From Squalus acanthias (taxonomy: Eukaryota): a stretch of 64,000 bases of DNA. The translations under genes were made by a program, and so were the position numbers. The stretch spans positions 82,522,001 through 82,586,000 of the forward strand of contig CM059439.1 in the NCBI GenBank assembly GCA_030390025.1, in the 5' to 3' direction. The notes below the pieces were generated by a model. That model saw nothing but the letters and a program-made list of their open reading frames with translations. It did not search any database and was not told where the DNA came from. Shown here piece by piece: positions 35,811 through 49,372 of the stretch (the stretch's first letter is position 1; every line of letters starts with the position of its first letter).

Positions 35811-38800
35811 AATGAGCGCCCTAAAACAGCTCATCTACCAGCAAAATGCTCATCCCGACTCATCTGACGTAACTGCCCAAACCTCCTTCCATGATCCATC
35901 CTTCCACGCTCACGGTCTGCCTGCATCTGGCTCACTCCTTCTCTCAATGCCTGGGATCTGCCTGCCTCCCATCCATCCCCTCAGCAGCAGTCTGCCTCCA
36001 CAACCCCTCTTTCCCAGCCTCATCTCGCATCTGCTCAGCCTACCTATTTCTATTCTGGTGCCAGCACAGCAATTCAGACGTCTCTACTGGCAGAGCAGCG
36101 ATCTGTGGATCGATAAGCGGTGCGGAAGTTTTAAGCTGCACAGACTAGCTTCAGGGTCCGGATCAGGATCAGCTGCAAAAGCTGATTTCCTAAGCACGGC
36201 CCCTTCTTAAAAAAAATACAAGCAGCAGAATCAGCACTCGGGAAATAAGCTGATCAACCCCTCCCCTGGGGAGCTGCTGACGACTCCCACTCCACCACTC
36301 CCTGTTAATGCCATCAAAAGCAGTGCAATGGGAGGTCAGCTCGATTTACAATACATAGATACAGCAATGGGGTACAAAATCAGTCTCAGTGCACTCAGCA
36401 AGGGGAAATATCGGCCAGTGGTCCCCCCCCCCCGCCTTATAATCAGAATTGAGTAATCCCTGTTGAAAAGTACATTTGGGTGGACACAGCTGTGTTCAGG
36501 TGCAATGATCTCCTTCATCAAACAAACACCCACTGCCTTGGCTGACACAGGAAGAGTCGCCATTTGGGCCAAGTGCCAGAGGGCTGCAGGTGCCCACAGT
36601 GCTGTACGTCACCCTGAGCTGGCCTCTTCAGTAGAGAATGGCACAACTGGGTAAAATAAAAAGATGGACTGGACATAAATGTTCTTTTTTAAAGTTAACA
36701 AAAATTATTACAAACTATTCTTATCGACTGTTCTTTGCCCTACCAGATCCAGCCAGAAACATGGTCATAAAACTACACAATCAAAGGAACTAAAACATGG
36801 ATTAGATGATTAGAATTTCTTTGTCAGTCTCCACAAATGAGCAACGAGCTTTGATAGTATATCTTCAACTTGATGGTTTCAAATTACATTGATTAAAGCA
36901 GTTACAACATTCAAATTCCTCTTGTACTCCAGGCTAATAAACTCCTGAATTCTATCCCAAAGCAGAACACAAAGAGTTAAAACCATAACGCCGTCTAAGA
37001 ATGCTATAAACAGAGCCTGGAGACGACAGCCCATTTTTCCAATAGCACTAACAGATACAAGGGCTGCAGTGCCTCAATAGATCATTTGCGCATACATTTT
37101 GATGCTGTCAGAGATTTCGGTATCAACGTCTCTTCGCTGCATGACGAATTTATATAAACGGAAATAACCAGATAGCCAAGATGTTGGGGGAGAAACTGAA
37201 CAGGCAGATCAGAGATCAAATTCTACTGTCAACTGGCATTTGCACTTCGCCTGAAGGGTGCACATCAGATCTCGGCCAGCTCGTCTGGGAGAGAGGGGAA
37301 GGAGGCTCCTTTCCATATCACGGAAGTGCAGTCCGGTTCACCAAAGATCGATCAAGCAACATGATTGATCACCCGTGTAGATATCCATGAGCAAGATCAA
37401 TGAAGGCTCCCAAATAAGAAAGGTGCAACAGAATTTATTTTGGGATGGAGTGGGGGTGGGGGAAATAATGAAAAATGCAATAGCAGAAGTACAGTTTTAA
37501 ATTTGAAAAACGCTCTGGGCTGACTTTCCCAGGGGGATTTACTGTGCCTAGCCAAGTGCTTGCAGCAAACATTTGATATGCTGCAGATGCCACATGTTCC
37601 CAAGTACTTGTACTGTTCTGGACAGGCTACCTCTGTCAAACAACTTCACGCCAACTTAAAGCAGTCCTTTGTAAGCTCTCTTCACCACAGTGAAAATGTT
37701 AACTATAAAGTTAAAAGATCTTGTGTGTGTCAGGCATAGTTCGAGCCCTTTCTCGCTCGTTCCTGCCTCCTCCCCCACCGCAACTCGCCGCCAAATCAAA
37801 ATATTATAATTCTTCAACAACTGAAAAATAAATAAAATGCTGCACACTATTAAATTAATGGTGCACTCTTAACTTAATCTTTTGTTTAAGCACAATAAAA
37901 AACAATTCAGCACAAAGTAATCAACTCAGAGAATTACAGTTCCCCCAACTAATGCCCTCCCCACCGGAATGTGAGGTTGATATTTCGGGGTTTTTCTTTT
38001 CCCTGATTCCATTCAACTTTTATTTTTATGAACAAAGGAACAAAGACATTGAGTTGATGCAAACGAAAATTCACTCAAACTGAAACGAAAAATATACACA
38101 AGGAAGACCGGAAACAACGCAAGACAATATATACTTACATCTGCTGCAGGCAAGAATCAGTATTATCTCAGTAACTGAATTGGAAAAAACAGTCAGGCCA
38201 ATCCATGCTGAGGAGCCTCCTGCAATTATGCGGTGCGTGATTAAACCACCTGTCCTCCAGTTCAGCAACAACAAAGCAGCATGCCAGGGCATCCATTCAC
38301 AGCCCTCATGTTTTCAGCAACGCCACACCACCAGACGAGACTCCCAACTGAAAATCAGCACATTCAAGCAGAATTCCAGCGTTTCCACTTGGTACGGCTG
38401 AAGGTCACCAGATCATCCCCCCCCCCACCCCCCTCCCCGCACACAAGCTAAACTCAGCTCTTCAAGCTTGCTCACTCAAACACAGAATTACTTCTCTCCC
38501 AGATGTGAATGTTACCATGGCTGGGAACCCCTCCTTAGCAACGGGCACTTTCCATCTGGAGCCTATCAGTGCGATCTTTTTAGGGCGAGCCAGGTGTCCA
38601 ATTCCTCCTGACTGACTCGCCCAACATAACCTGAGACAAAATCCCACATGTCGGGAAAAAGCGGCTTTCTTTAAAAAAAAAGTATCAAACAAGTTTTAAA
38701 CACGCATCTAAATCCACTGAAGAAAGGAACTGTTTCAACATTCAAAATCTGAGTAAAACACATAGCACACTGGTGGGAGTATAAATGCTTACAATGCTTA

Positions 38801-40144
38801 CAGTGGTGATCAAGCTTATCTGGACTGGAGTGAACCACAATGTTTGCAATCCATCTTAACCCTGAAGTAGCTCATTCATGCAGTGCCAGTGTTGAATTAC
38901 AAGTTAACCATTTACCCTGCTGCACTACCATTAAAACAAGCCTCCGGTAAGAATTTCAGGAGTGACTCAGGTACTTAAAAAAACAAATCCAGTTTAACTG
39001 CTGTAATGTAAAGCAGACTTAAAGCCACTTCCCAAGATAATGAAACCGAGTTATTTGATGGCTGAGAGAAATGAAAATGTGCCTCAAATTTTACAACCAA
39101 CATATCTAGTCATGAACGATTCTGCTCAGTGTACTTCGAAGCAGGGAAAAGAGAGTACCCAGTCGGAGACTGAACTTTATAACCATCCATCAAGAGCAAA
39201 GGGAACAACGAAAGCACAGCATTTAAGGTGCTGCCTGTCTCTTGGATTTTCTTAGTGTGGTTTTGTATAACACAGAATCAGGAAAAATGAAGAAGTCTGC
39301 TCCTGATAATTCAGTCATTTTTTACACTCAAATTATCCACCATAAATAACGCAAAGTGGGAATTTAGTGCTTAAAAACTGGAATTATTTGATAATTTGAC
39401 TGAAGTTACTTTGAATAAAGTGTACACTCTAATAGTTACCTACATTACAACAGTGACTGCAGTTCAAAAGTACTTTATTGGCTGTAAAGTGCTTTGAGAC
39501 TTCCTGAGGTCATGGATTTAAATACAAGTCTTTCTTCCTTCTTTTTATCAGTGCTCGTATTTGCATCACACCAAAGATACACATACACACCTTCCAAAAA
39601 AAAAGTATTGACTCATTTTCTACTGATAAAAGATAAATAAAATTTGCAGACTGTTGTGAATCTCGTTATCCTTTATCTGCCATCACACGAGTGAGCTGGG
39701 AACCTCTTAGTGATTGCACAGCATGTCCTCAAATGTCACAGAAGCCCAGAGAAGTTAAAACGATATTGATTTGAGATGAATTTTCTTTTTCTGCAAAGAC
39801 GGCATGCAGCTTGTGGAGGGCAATGTGGTCTACCCAGCATGTTGCTTCCGGACTTTCCAGATCTGTATCATTATTTTTGTAACAACATGTTCTAATCAAT
39901 TTGTTGATTGGATTGCAATTAAAAAAAATTGCTTCTCAGGTTGAGAATTAATTTTACTAAGATGTCAAGTCACTGAGGCACCATTACAAAAGCTCTCCAA
40001 CTTTACCAGGTGGTCACGCAGCCTATTGAGAGCTCTCAGGATGAATATTTACTTTCAAGCACCAAGTTATCAGGTTCGAAGAGATTTTGTCCTAAATTGC
40101 CCCAAATTTTCAACACTTGATGACCCAGTTCCTAAATCCACTGC

Positions 40145-40440
40145 CCAGTGTGGAACTAAGCCATACAGACCATGAAGGCTCTGGGTTCATTCCTTAGTCT
40201 GTGCTCAATTATCTCACTTCAGTTGGGGCAGTGCTGGGGCACAGGTTTCCAAGGCAAGAAGGATAACATCAGGCCTTGTTGTGATGCCACACAGTCAAAT
40301 AATCTGCCAACACTCAACATCTAAGCTTCCAAAGAAAGAACAGCCACCTAAGCAAGGTACTGGAGTGCAATTGGTGCCTGTGAAATCTTACCCCAAGATG
40401 AGTCAATGTCTTCAGGGGAGGAGCAGATAAAATTGGGGTT
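40145..40440 (+). mobile_element. Old, diverged tRNA-like SINE family (other copies ~40-170, 17298-18690, 26510-26590, 43790-44040, 47255-47560)
   Basis: Recurrent ACT.AGCCA.ACAGACC..GAAGG..C.GGTTC.AT.C.T.GTCTGTG.T.A.TTAGCT.ATCTCAGC motif with a B-box-like GGTTC. Confidence 0.5.
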
Positions 40441-43250
40441 AAAAACACATTGGAGGAAACTTAAAGAAACCAGTTCAAGTCACACTGCCTCATCTCCAAT
40501 TATAGCGTATGATTGACAGTGTATTCTTATACACATGCTGGCCTGGGCGCCAACAATCACGAGGCAAATTTAATGAGCGAGCCTGATAGACCAGAAGGAA
40601 TCCAGCTTTTATCCCATGTGTGTGCCATTACTTGTTCTCTGCTGGGATACCGGTGCTATGCACCAATTGGCGTCAGCACGCTCAGCTGGCGAGGTGAAAA
40701 ATCAAGCAGGGTTCCCAACCCTTGTTGATATCCACTGACCCCAGCTGCAAATACACGAGTAAGTTTAAAGTGAGCACGGGATTAGGCTCTATTGTGATGC
40801 TTTTGTGGTAGAATAGCCGGCCAACATTCACCGCCAAGTCTCATGTATGAATAATGGCTACTCGGGCAAAGTGCCAGGGATACACAGTGCCCATGGTACT
40901 GTTCCACAACAAAGTCATCACTTTCAAGAGAGGGTAAAAAGCTAAGACCTATGTCATCCCATCTTTTGGCTGCACAGGTACAGTGGCAAACAGCGCAGAT
41001 AAAGAAACTTCATGATATCTTACCATTTCTTTTTATGAAGGGAAAAGAAAGGTAGTAAACAATAAAATTCTCACATTTTCTATTGCAAATAAACCAAACA
41101 ACAATTCCATCGCAAACATAAACAAGAACATATCACTAGAAGTAATGTATGCATTTAATTAAACTGCACTATTTGAAGCTAAGAGCTTAGATAGTCATTT
41201 ATCCTGCAATGTTCAATAAACAGAGCACAGGCATCAGGAATTAGAAATTTTTCAAAATATGTATCTCAGAGAAAAAGTTAATTATAAATGTACTTTTTCA
41301 AACTTATTTCACCACTTCTCTGAGTCCCCTACCTCCACGATGCACTCCAGTTGAAATCGCAGTGGTAATTCCAATCAAACAATTTAAGTAAAACAGGATT
41401 TTTGGTTTTTTTTTTCACAATTTCAAATTGAACTAATTCGAATGAATATTACCTGCACTGTATATTGCCAATAGTACACGCCTCTGTCAATACTGCTCTA
41501 AGTGTCTGCTAAGAGGTAAGCAACTGTGGCTTGGGTTGCTTTGTTCTCCTTGTTGGAAAAGGTATCATTCCTGCTTGCTAGCTCTTTCACTTGAATAGGA
41601 TCAAGAACTCACTGGGGGTAGGGGAGATTGTGACCATGTCCACCAATGTTATCACTCTCTGGCAGAGAACATTTATATGCTCACTCTCCCGCACACACAA
41701 AACTCCACAAAGGAAAACGTAACCCACAAATATAACTGCACCCAATTAGGTATCAGACGACAAAATGAAATGGGAACTAGAAGTGTCGTCTTTGTTCTGC
41801 ATACAGATAATGACGAACAAAATTTGAAAAATCAAGCGTAGGACAACCTGGAAATAAGGTTTTATTCTAAATGTGTGTGAAGTCTACACTTTCAAAACAC
41901 ATTGAGTTGGAAAAAAAATTGCCTGTGACTATGGAAGATTCTCACTGAATTGCTCTCTCCAATTTAACCAGACAAAATATATCCAGACATGGTCACTTTT
42001 CCAAGAGTATTGGGCAAAAAGTTCAATCTCTCGTCCTCCCATTGTTTGCATCTCCTTGGATTGTCCCTCAGAGGGGGTGCTATCAGGGAGGTGAGTGATG
42101 GGCACGATGAGTTTGACAGATTGAGTGACAATCAGTGGGCCGATTGTTTGTCTCCTTTTACAGCTTGTACTCGTCAGTCACGACGCCCAGTTGGTTCCAG
42201 ACTCTCTCGGCCCACTGGGTTCACATAATGACCATCTGGGATCCTTTATTGACTACCAATCTCTCCAGTTATTGAGTCAATCTACTGAATACTGCCTTTT
42301 TCCACACTTTATTTATGCTCTTAAATTGGTGTGTGTTTTAATATCTTTTAGTTTGAATTGAAAGTTTATGAACAAAGTAATGCGCAAGTTTGGCATGAAC
42401 CCATTAAAATGGCTGACCGTTCAAATTGAGGAGTCCGCGCTGTTGAGTTTCTTCCCCAAAGCTGGTCCTTGTAAGCCAGAAATGACGGTAAGCAGTTATC
42501 CTTTGTCTATGACTCAGTAATACCAGGAGTCTCAGGAAGACTGCACAATAAATCTCACTGAAAAGCGAAGAGTTCTTTCTGGACTATTAATTGCAAATTC
42601 ACTGCAGTTGCTGTGCAGCTGCATTTATCTTGAGAAGAATTCCATGCCTGTTCCAAAAATGCCATCATACACCATTAGCATATTGTGTTTGAGCCTGATG
42701 GACTACACTGGCTAATAACTCTTGATCCCTTCAAAGTGAGGATGTGCACAAAGTGCTCCACCCTCTTCCAACATGCAGATGGTCCCAGCCATTTCCTGTC
42801 ATGATTTAGTCTTCAATTTATTCTGTTACTTTCTGGTCAACGAAGACTCAAGTGCGAATTGAACCCCTTCCCCCATCACTGCTGTACATTTCAGTAGTTT
42901 TCTCACTGAAAAGATACTCTGCCATCCACGCTGAGGAGAAATTTAGCTTGAAACAGTGCAGCCAAGAACGACGCCCTTGCTTCTCCTTCATGCAGTGCAT
43001 TTTGGGTAACAATATTCAGTCACATCATGATACATTCGCGTCTGTGTGTGCGCTTTATTTTTGATCACACCTAAACAGATCTTCTGGCGCTGCTCACATT
43101 AAGTCAGAGGATATGCTGTTGTATAATGATAGCACCATTATAGCATGTAGTACACAATCTATCTGTTAGTGTGGAGTTGTGTGGTACCATTCCTGTTCCA
43201 TTAAGGCCACATGGTCTAACTGCTGTCAATAGGCATATCTCAAGGTCAAT

Positions 43251-43770
43251 TAGGAACATAGGAACAGGAGTAGGCCATCCAGCCCCTCGAGCCTGTTCTG
43301 CGATTCAATTAAGGGCGTGGTAACAGAGCACTTGGAAAATCACAATACGATTAGGCAGAGTCAACACAGTTTTATGAAAGGGAAATGGTGTTTGACAAAT
43401 CTATTAGAGTTTTAAAGAGGGTGTAACTAGCAGGGTCGATAAGGGGGAAACCAGTGGAGGTAGTATATTTGGATTTTCAGAAGGCATTCGATAAGGTGCC
43501 ACACAAGAGGTTGCTGCACAAGCTAAGGGCTCATGGGATGGGGGGTAACATACTAACATGGATTGAGGATTGGATAAAGGACAGAAAACAGAGTAGGAAT
43601 AAACGGATCATTTTCGGGATGACAGGGTGTAACTAAGAGTGCCACAAGGATCAGTGCGTGGGCCTCAGCTATTTGCAATCTATATCAATGATCTGATGAG
43701 GGGACAGAGTGTAATATATCCAAGTTTGTTGGCGATACAAAGCTAGGTGGGAAAGTAAGCTGTGAGGAAG
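43251..43770 (+). mobile_element. CR1 internal RT fragment (+) joined to a short inverted CR1 3' end (43251-43310, -)
   Basis: ORF 43454-43636 has YLDFQKAFDKVPH; the left 60 bp match the minus-strand CR1 tail seen at 27713. Confidence 0.8.
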
Positions 43771-44282
43771 GTGGGGAAAATCACAGCTGACCCCAAACCT
43801 GTGATTACCCCATGTCCTCAAAAGGGCATTTTCCAGCATAGGTCACTGCATGACCATCAGCACGAGGATCACCAGAAAATCCACCCCCCACCTTCCGAAC
43901 TAAATTGTGCCGAGGATATTATAGCATCCCTACCATTATCCCAGCTGACATTAGCTAATAGATCACAGATTAATGGTCAAATCTGAGACCTCCACGTTTG
44001 TAAAGCTTACCACACATCAGAAGGTGCCTTTAAACGCTTAAGACATGGGGAGAGCTCTCAGTCTGTATTTTCAAGAGAAAATGCACAAGGCCATTGCAAG
44101 GCATGGTGCTGGAGGATTCTTTATATTATATCCACACTTTTCTTTTGTAATAAGATACAGGGAGTCATGATATCACTATGAACTGCCCAACATGCAATGG
44201 GCAAAGCAGAAATAATGGCCTCCCCGGGTACATTCCTGGCTGCCAGAATTCTCCACAACACTCAAAGGAGGATTTCAGTAAT

Positions 44283-45255
44283 CGAGTCAGAGAGTTAAAC
44301 AGCACAGAAAGAGGCCCTTCGGCCCATCGTGTCCACACCGGCCATCAAGCCCTGTCTATTCTAATCTCATTTTCCAGCACTTGGTCCGTAGCCTTGTACG
44401 CTATGGTGTTTCAAGTGCTCATCTAAATGCTTCTTGAATGTTGTGAGGGTTCCTGCCTCTACCACCCTTTCAGGCAGTGAGTTCCAGATTCCAGCCACCC
44501 TCTGGGTGAAAAAGTTTTTCCTCAAATCCCCTCTAAACCTCCTGCCCCTTACCTTGAAACTATGCCCCCTGGTTATTCTCTACTAAGGGGAAAAGTTCCT
44601 TTCTATCTACGCCCCTCATAATTTTGTACACCTCAATCAGGTCCCCCCTCAGCCTTCTCTGCTCTAAGGAAAACAACCCCAGCCTGTCCAGTCTCTCTTC
44701 ATAGCTGAAGCGCTCCAGCCCAGATAACATCCTGGTGAATCTCCTCTGCACCCTCTCCAATGCAATCACATCCTTCCTATAGTGTGGCGACCAGCACTGC
44801 ACACAGTATTCCAGCTGTGGCCTAACTAGCGTTTTGTACAGCTCCATCATAACCTCCCTGCTCTTATATTCTATGCCTCGGCTAATGAAGGCAAGTATCC
44901 CATATGCCTTTTTAACCACCTTATCTATCTGTCCTGTTGCCTTCAGGGATCTATGTACATGCACACCAAGGTCCCTCTGATCGTCTGTCCTTCCCAGGAC
45001 CCTACCATTCATTGTGTATTCCCTTGCCTTGTTAGTCCTCCCAAAATGCATCACCTCACTTTTCAGGGTTAAATTCCATTTGCCACTGTTCTGCCCACCC
45101 ATCTATGTCGTCCTGTAGTCTGAGGCTTCCCTCCTCGCTACTTACCACTCCACCAATTTTCGTGTCATCTGCGAACTTAATCATACCTCCTACATTCATA
45201 TCTGAATCATTAATGTACACTACAAACAGCAAAGGACCCAGCACCGATCCCTGTT
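44283..45255 (-). mobile_element. CR1 LINE fragment
   Basis: ORFs 45056-45244 (FADDTK) and 44560-45102 (YKTLVRPQLEYC). Confidence 0.9.
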
Positions 45256-46086
45256 TGAATAAATGACTGATTGAAATCTAAACAAGGTAGAACAATAAAT
45301 TTAAATTCTCTTAATGAAAATATGCCACACATTATTACTCGCAATTGGTTTATAGCAATTGTTACACTTACTGTTCATTAATTACTGTTTGTCTGTTAAG
45401 ATGCATAATTACAGAGACATATAATGACTATGTGAGAGAGCTGTATTCTGTTATCTGTGTCTAAGCAATTTCCTTTCAACAGTAATTAGCACTTGTAAGT
45501 AAACAATTCAGATATGACTTGTAAACCAGTTAACAAAGAGCATTTCAGCAACAATATTCTGCATGTAATAAAAACAGAATTATCACACATTTGTTATATA
45601 TAGAGTTCGAGTAAATTAGTTGACTTCCAACAAATTTGAAAACATTAATTCCAAAAATCCAGAAAATAACTCCGTATCGAGCTACCTGTTAGATTGTTTC
45701 TCTCCATCTCTAAAAGGATTAAATATTAAAAGATAATATGATTAAACCACTGGATCTCCCATAATGTAGCTCACAGATAGTCAGGATATGCTAGTTCATC
45801 AGCGCAGGAGTGTCATACAAGGTAACGCACAATATATAATGATGCTGCTAAGGTCCAACTGTGTGTAATCTGGCCTCTCCCTTCAAGGGCACAAGGTCGA
45901 ATTGATGTAATATTCTGATGTTAGTTTGAAACCATTCGCTGCTAGGTAAATCCTGAGGTCAATTAAAAGGAATTTTCTCTTGTTGGGGAAGTTTTGCTAG
46001 TGATTGGGAAATGATCACTCTTTCGTAATGATACCGAAATGTATGTAATTGTCTAAGTGTGACAAACAATATCTATGAATATATAT

Positions 46087-46293
46087 GATGCGGAGATGCC
46101 GGTGTTGGACTGGGGTGGACAAAAGTGAGAAGTCGCACAACACCAGGTTACAGTCCAACAGTTTTATTTGAAATCACAAGCTTTCAGAGCTGCTGCCCCT
46201 TCGTCAGGTGAAGTGAAGGGGCAGCAGCTCCGAAAGCTTGTGATTTCAAATAAAACTGTTGGACTATAACCTGGTGTTGTGCGACTTCTCACT
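46087..46293. mobile_element. Second palindromic hammerhead-bearing insertion with 13-bp TSD
   Basis: Near-identical to 12728-12944. TSD TATGAATATATAT at 46074-46086 and 46294-46306. Intact hammerhead core on the minus arm (46174-46211); the plus arm lacks CTGAC. Confidence 0.88.
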
Positions 46294-46317
46294 TATGAAT
46301 ATATATAACAAGATATA

Positions 46318-46625
46318 CAGGGTCAATAAAAAGAGGACACAGATTTAAGATAATTGGCAAAAAATCCAGGGGGGGGGGGGGGGGGCGGAAATGAAGAGAA
46401 TTTTTTTTAATGCAATGAGTTATGATGATCTGGAATGCACTGCCTGAAAGGGTAGTGGAAGCAGATTTAATAGTAACTTTCAAAAGAGAATTGGATATAT
46501 ACTTGAAAAGGAGAAATTTGCTGGGCTACGGGGAAAGAGCAGGGGAGTGCGACTAATGGGATAGCTCTTTCAAAGAGCCTGCACAGACACAATGGGCTGA
46601 ATGGCCTCCTTTTGTGCTCTATGAA
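46318..46625 (+). mobile_element. CR1 3' fragment
   Basis: AGAGGACACAGATTTAAG, TCTGGAATGCACTGCCTGAAAGGG and GAATGGCCTCCTTTTGTGC. Confidence 0.85.
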
Positions 46626-49103
46626 GATACTGTACTTCCAATATTAAAACTATGTTCTGCTAAAGATAGGGATTATGGTATAATGCTGGGGTTCAGACAC
46701 CCTCTCATTCAGTTGAAATAAAGAAAAAGTTGCTTTATAACGGCAACTCATCACATCTCTCAGAAACGTCTCCAAGTGCATCACATACAGTGAATTGAAT
46801 TGAACTGACTGTTTGGGAGGCAAACATTTGTCCCAGTTGCTGAGATTTCCGAGAACTCACTTTGCTTTTCCAAATATTTTAAATGGAATACAACTGCTTC
46901 ATACAGCGTCTGCTATACAGAAACAGGGGATACATTTTTTGCCTCACAGGGCAGTGAAGTAGCAGAAGCCGGCAGGAAACTGAGGCAGTGTCGGCGGATC
47001 AGGGACCTTCCATAGGGACAAGAGCCTAATTTTCTCAAATTGCATGGCAATACCACTCATGTATAACGCTGCCAACAAGTAATTCATTGATTACATAAGA
47101 AAAGTGAGCACTGTAGAGCTACACAATGTTTAAATCAGAACTTCAAACTGCTCCTTATTCATCACAACCAGGTACGTTAGCTGTAGGGTCCACTGTCATT
47201 TTCAAAAGCAATATTCCACACAGTGGCTATATAACGTACCTTTCAAATATGACACCAGTCAGACTAAGAACCCAGGTTCAATCTTTGGTCTGTGTTAGGT
47301 TAGCTAATCTCAGCCAATCTCAGCCAAGGGGGATCTCAGCTACAACTAAACTTGGTGTCCCTGGACCACAGAGAAAAGAATAAGACAGCCGGAGTCCTGG
47401 CTGCAGATCACTTATCCAAAGACCCCACTGGTAAGTATGTTCGTTGTGGATATCAGCTTAAGACAGGATCGGGATTGGCTGTGATGGACTCCTTACCCAG
47501 TGTGACAACACTTTGTTTGGATTCGCAGTGCTGGCAGTGCCCGTGGAACTGGACCCGGCAAGCATCTTTGCTTCCAAGGATAACAGTAGAAAATATGAAT
47601 GAAAAGTTAACTATTCAACCAGTTGGTGGCATCCCTGTTTCTGACACGTTCTGCCCTCTCAGTGCTGCATCCCATGCTCAGCAATACCAAGCACTGAAAG
47701 TTTACTAAGTCATTTTAGGAATTTCCCCCCAAATTTCCTCACTCTGCTCTTCCTCTGCAGAAGTCAACGATTCATGCTGGGCAACAGTTTCAAAAGTGCC
47801 CACAGTAATCTTCCACCTTGCCGAGTGGCAATCTTCGTGTGTGAAGATTATGGGGGCAACATGGCTGAGCTTGGGGTACTCCTGTCGATGCCTGAAGACA
47901 GGTTTGAACTCAGGCATGGCAGCTCCAATGGTAAAATAGTCCGCCAATATTTATTGCTTCTATGAAGTCACACTTAATCTTGTTTGACTGTCTTCAGAAA
48001 AGAACACAGTATAGTTCTAAGCAAGGCTGCCACTTGTGCTGTTTTGGACTGGATAGCTTGGGTTTTCTAGCCATGTGCCTAGAAATTCCTAAACTATTTC
48101 AACTGGACACCAAGTGTGTGATTTCTCAGACAGAAATCAATTTGCCCACTTAATTCGATGACTTGATGTAAAACACTGGTTATTAATGGGGACGCAAGTT
48201 TTCCAGAAGTTTGGTCACCAGAAAAGCAAATGTCAGAACTCAAGCAAGGAATCTCGGAAGGTGGACACTGAGTTCAGGCAGATAGATTCATTATTGGGAA
48301 GAATGCTGTCTCTCAAGGACAACTAGAGAATGAATTGTTAACCATCGCCTGTCTTGCACCAAAATGTTGCATAATGTGCACTGTAATATGCCTGGGCAGA
48401 TACTGGGCATTCAAGTTCTATTTCTTTATGTTGTACAACATCAGTACTTCCATCTAAGATCACAGTTTCTAAATAATCAAATGATTACAGTTAAGCTGAC
48501 TTATCGGTTCTACTCTATGCTTTTCCCAAAAACAAACGGTCTAAGATAAGGGACTCCAGACATGGAGGTTCAGGATTGAACCCACATCTAACCATATTAT
48601 CATTTGATTAGTTCAACATGTTAATTTAATCTTCCACCTCCATTAACGGCACGTTTTGAGAACTGCATTTTTAAGATAATTTTGGAGTACTCAATCCACA
48701 GGTCATTTTATTTCCCCTTATAGTTTTACAACTCACGCATCATTTCATGAGGTGGCCAATCAGGGATCTGTCCACCATGTCTTCAGGTCAGCTGGAGTGA
48801 GAAAGGATCTTGAAACAACATTATAATTTGCTCAGCCTGTGCGAATGAAAGCAGTAGCCTTCTTGTGGGGGTAGGTAGCAGGATTGTTGTGCAAATTGAA
48901 TTAAAATAAAAACAGTTTTGCACGTGGTGAATTGTTGGTGGTATTACTGGAATATTACCCAAATCACAGCAGATAGCACTTTTAAAGCTTCAAAAACATG
49001 AGGTACTAGTTAAAAGCTATACGTGCAATGTTGCGTGTATGGAGAAGAAGAAAAAAACAGATTTACAAGTAAATATTTTAACTTTATTAATTATTGAACA
49101 CAC

Positions 49104-49204
49104 CACCTTGAATGGAGATGTGGAGTCCTCCATTCCATTCGCTTTCTCGGACGATCCTGGGCCTGATATACTCCTCCGCCGCGGGGAACGTTCTCCAGGT
49201 GGCT
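49104..49204 (-). CDS. RASAL2: Coding exon of RASAL2, directly upstream of the 14642-14760 exon
   Basis: Minus strand ttgcag|AG CCA...AAG GTG|gtgtgt, 101 nt, phase 1 to phase 0. Translation (E)PPGERSPRRRSISGPGSSEKANGMEDSTSPFKV resembles RASAL2 EVPAERSPRRRSISG...SPFKV and joins in frame to GFFSKR across a ~34-kb intron. Confidence 0.9.
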
Positions 49205-49316
49205 CTGCAACAAACAAATGTTTAAAGTCAGCTTTGACATTCATACAAGCACAGCACTGTGGTAGAAACACAGTTAACACAAAGACTGCTTTTACTGCAG
49301 CCTCAATGTGACTGGG

Positions 49317-49319
<3 letters not shown>

Positions 49320-49367
<48 letters not shown>

Positions 49368-49372
49368 TATAT
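49320..49372. repeat. (TA)n microsatellite ~115 bp upstream of the RASAL2 exon acceptor
   Basis: Seen directly in sequence. Confidence 0.95.
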
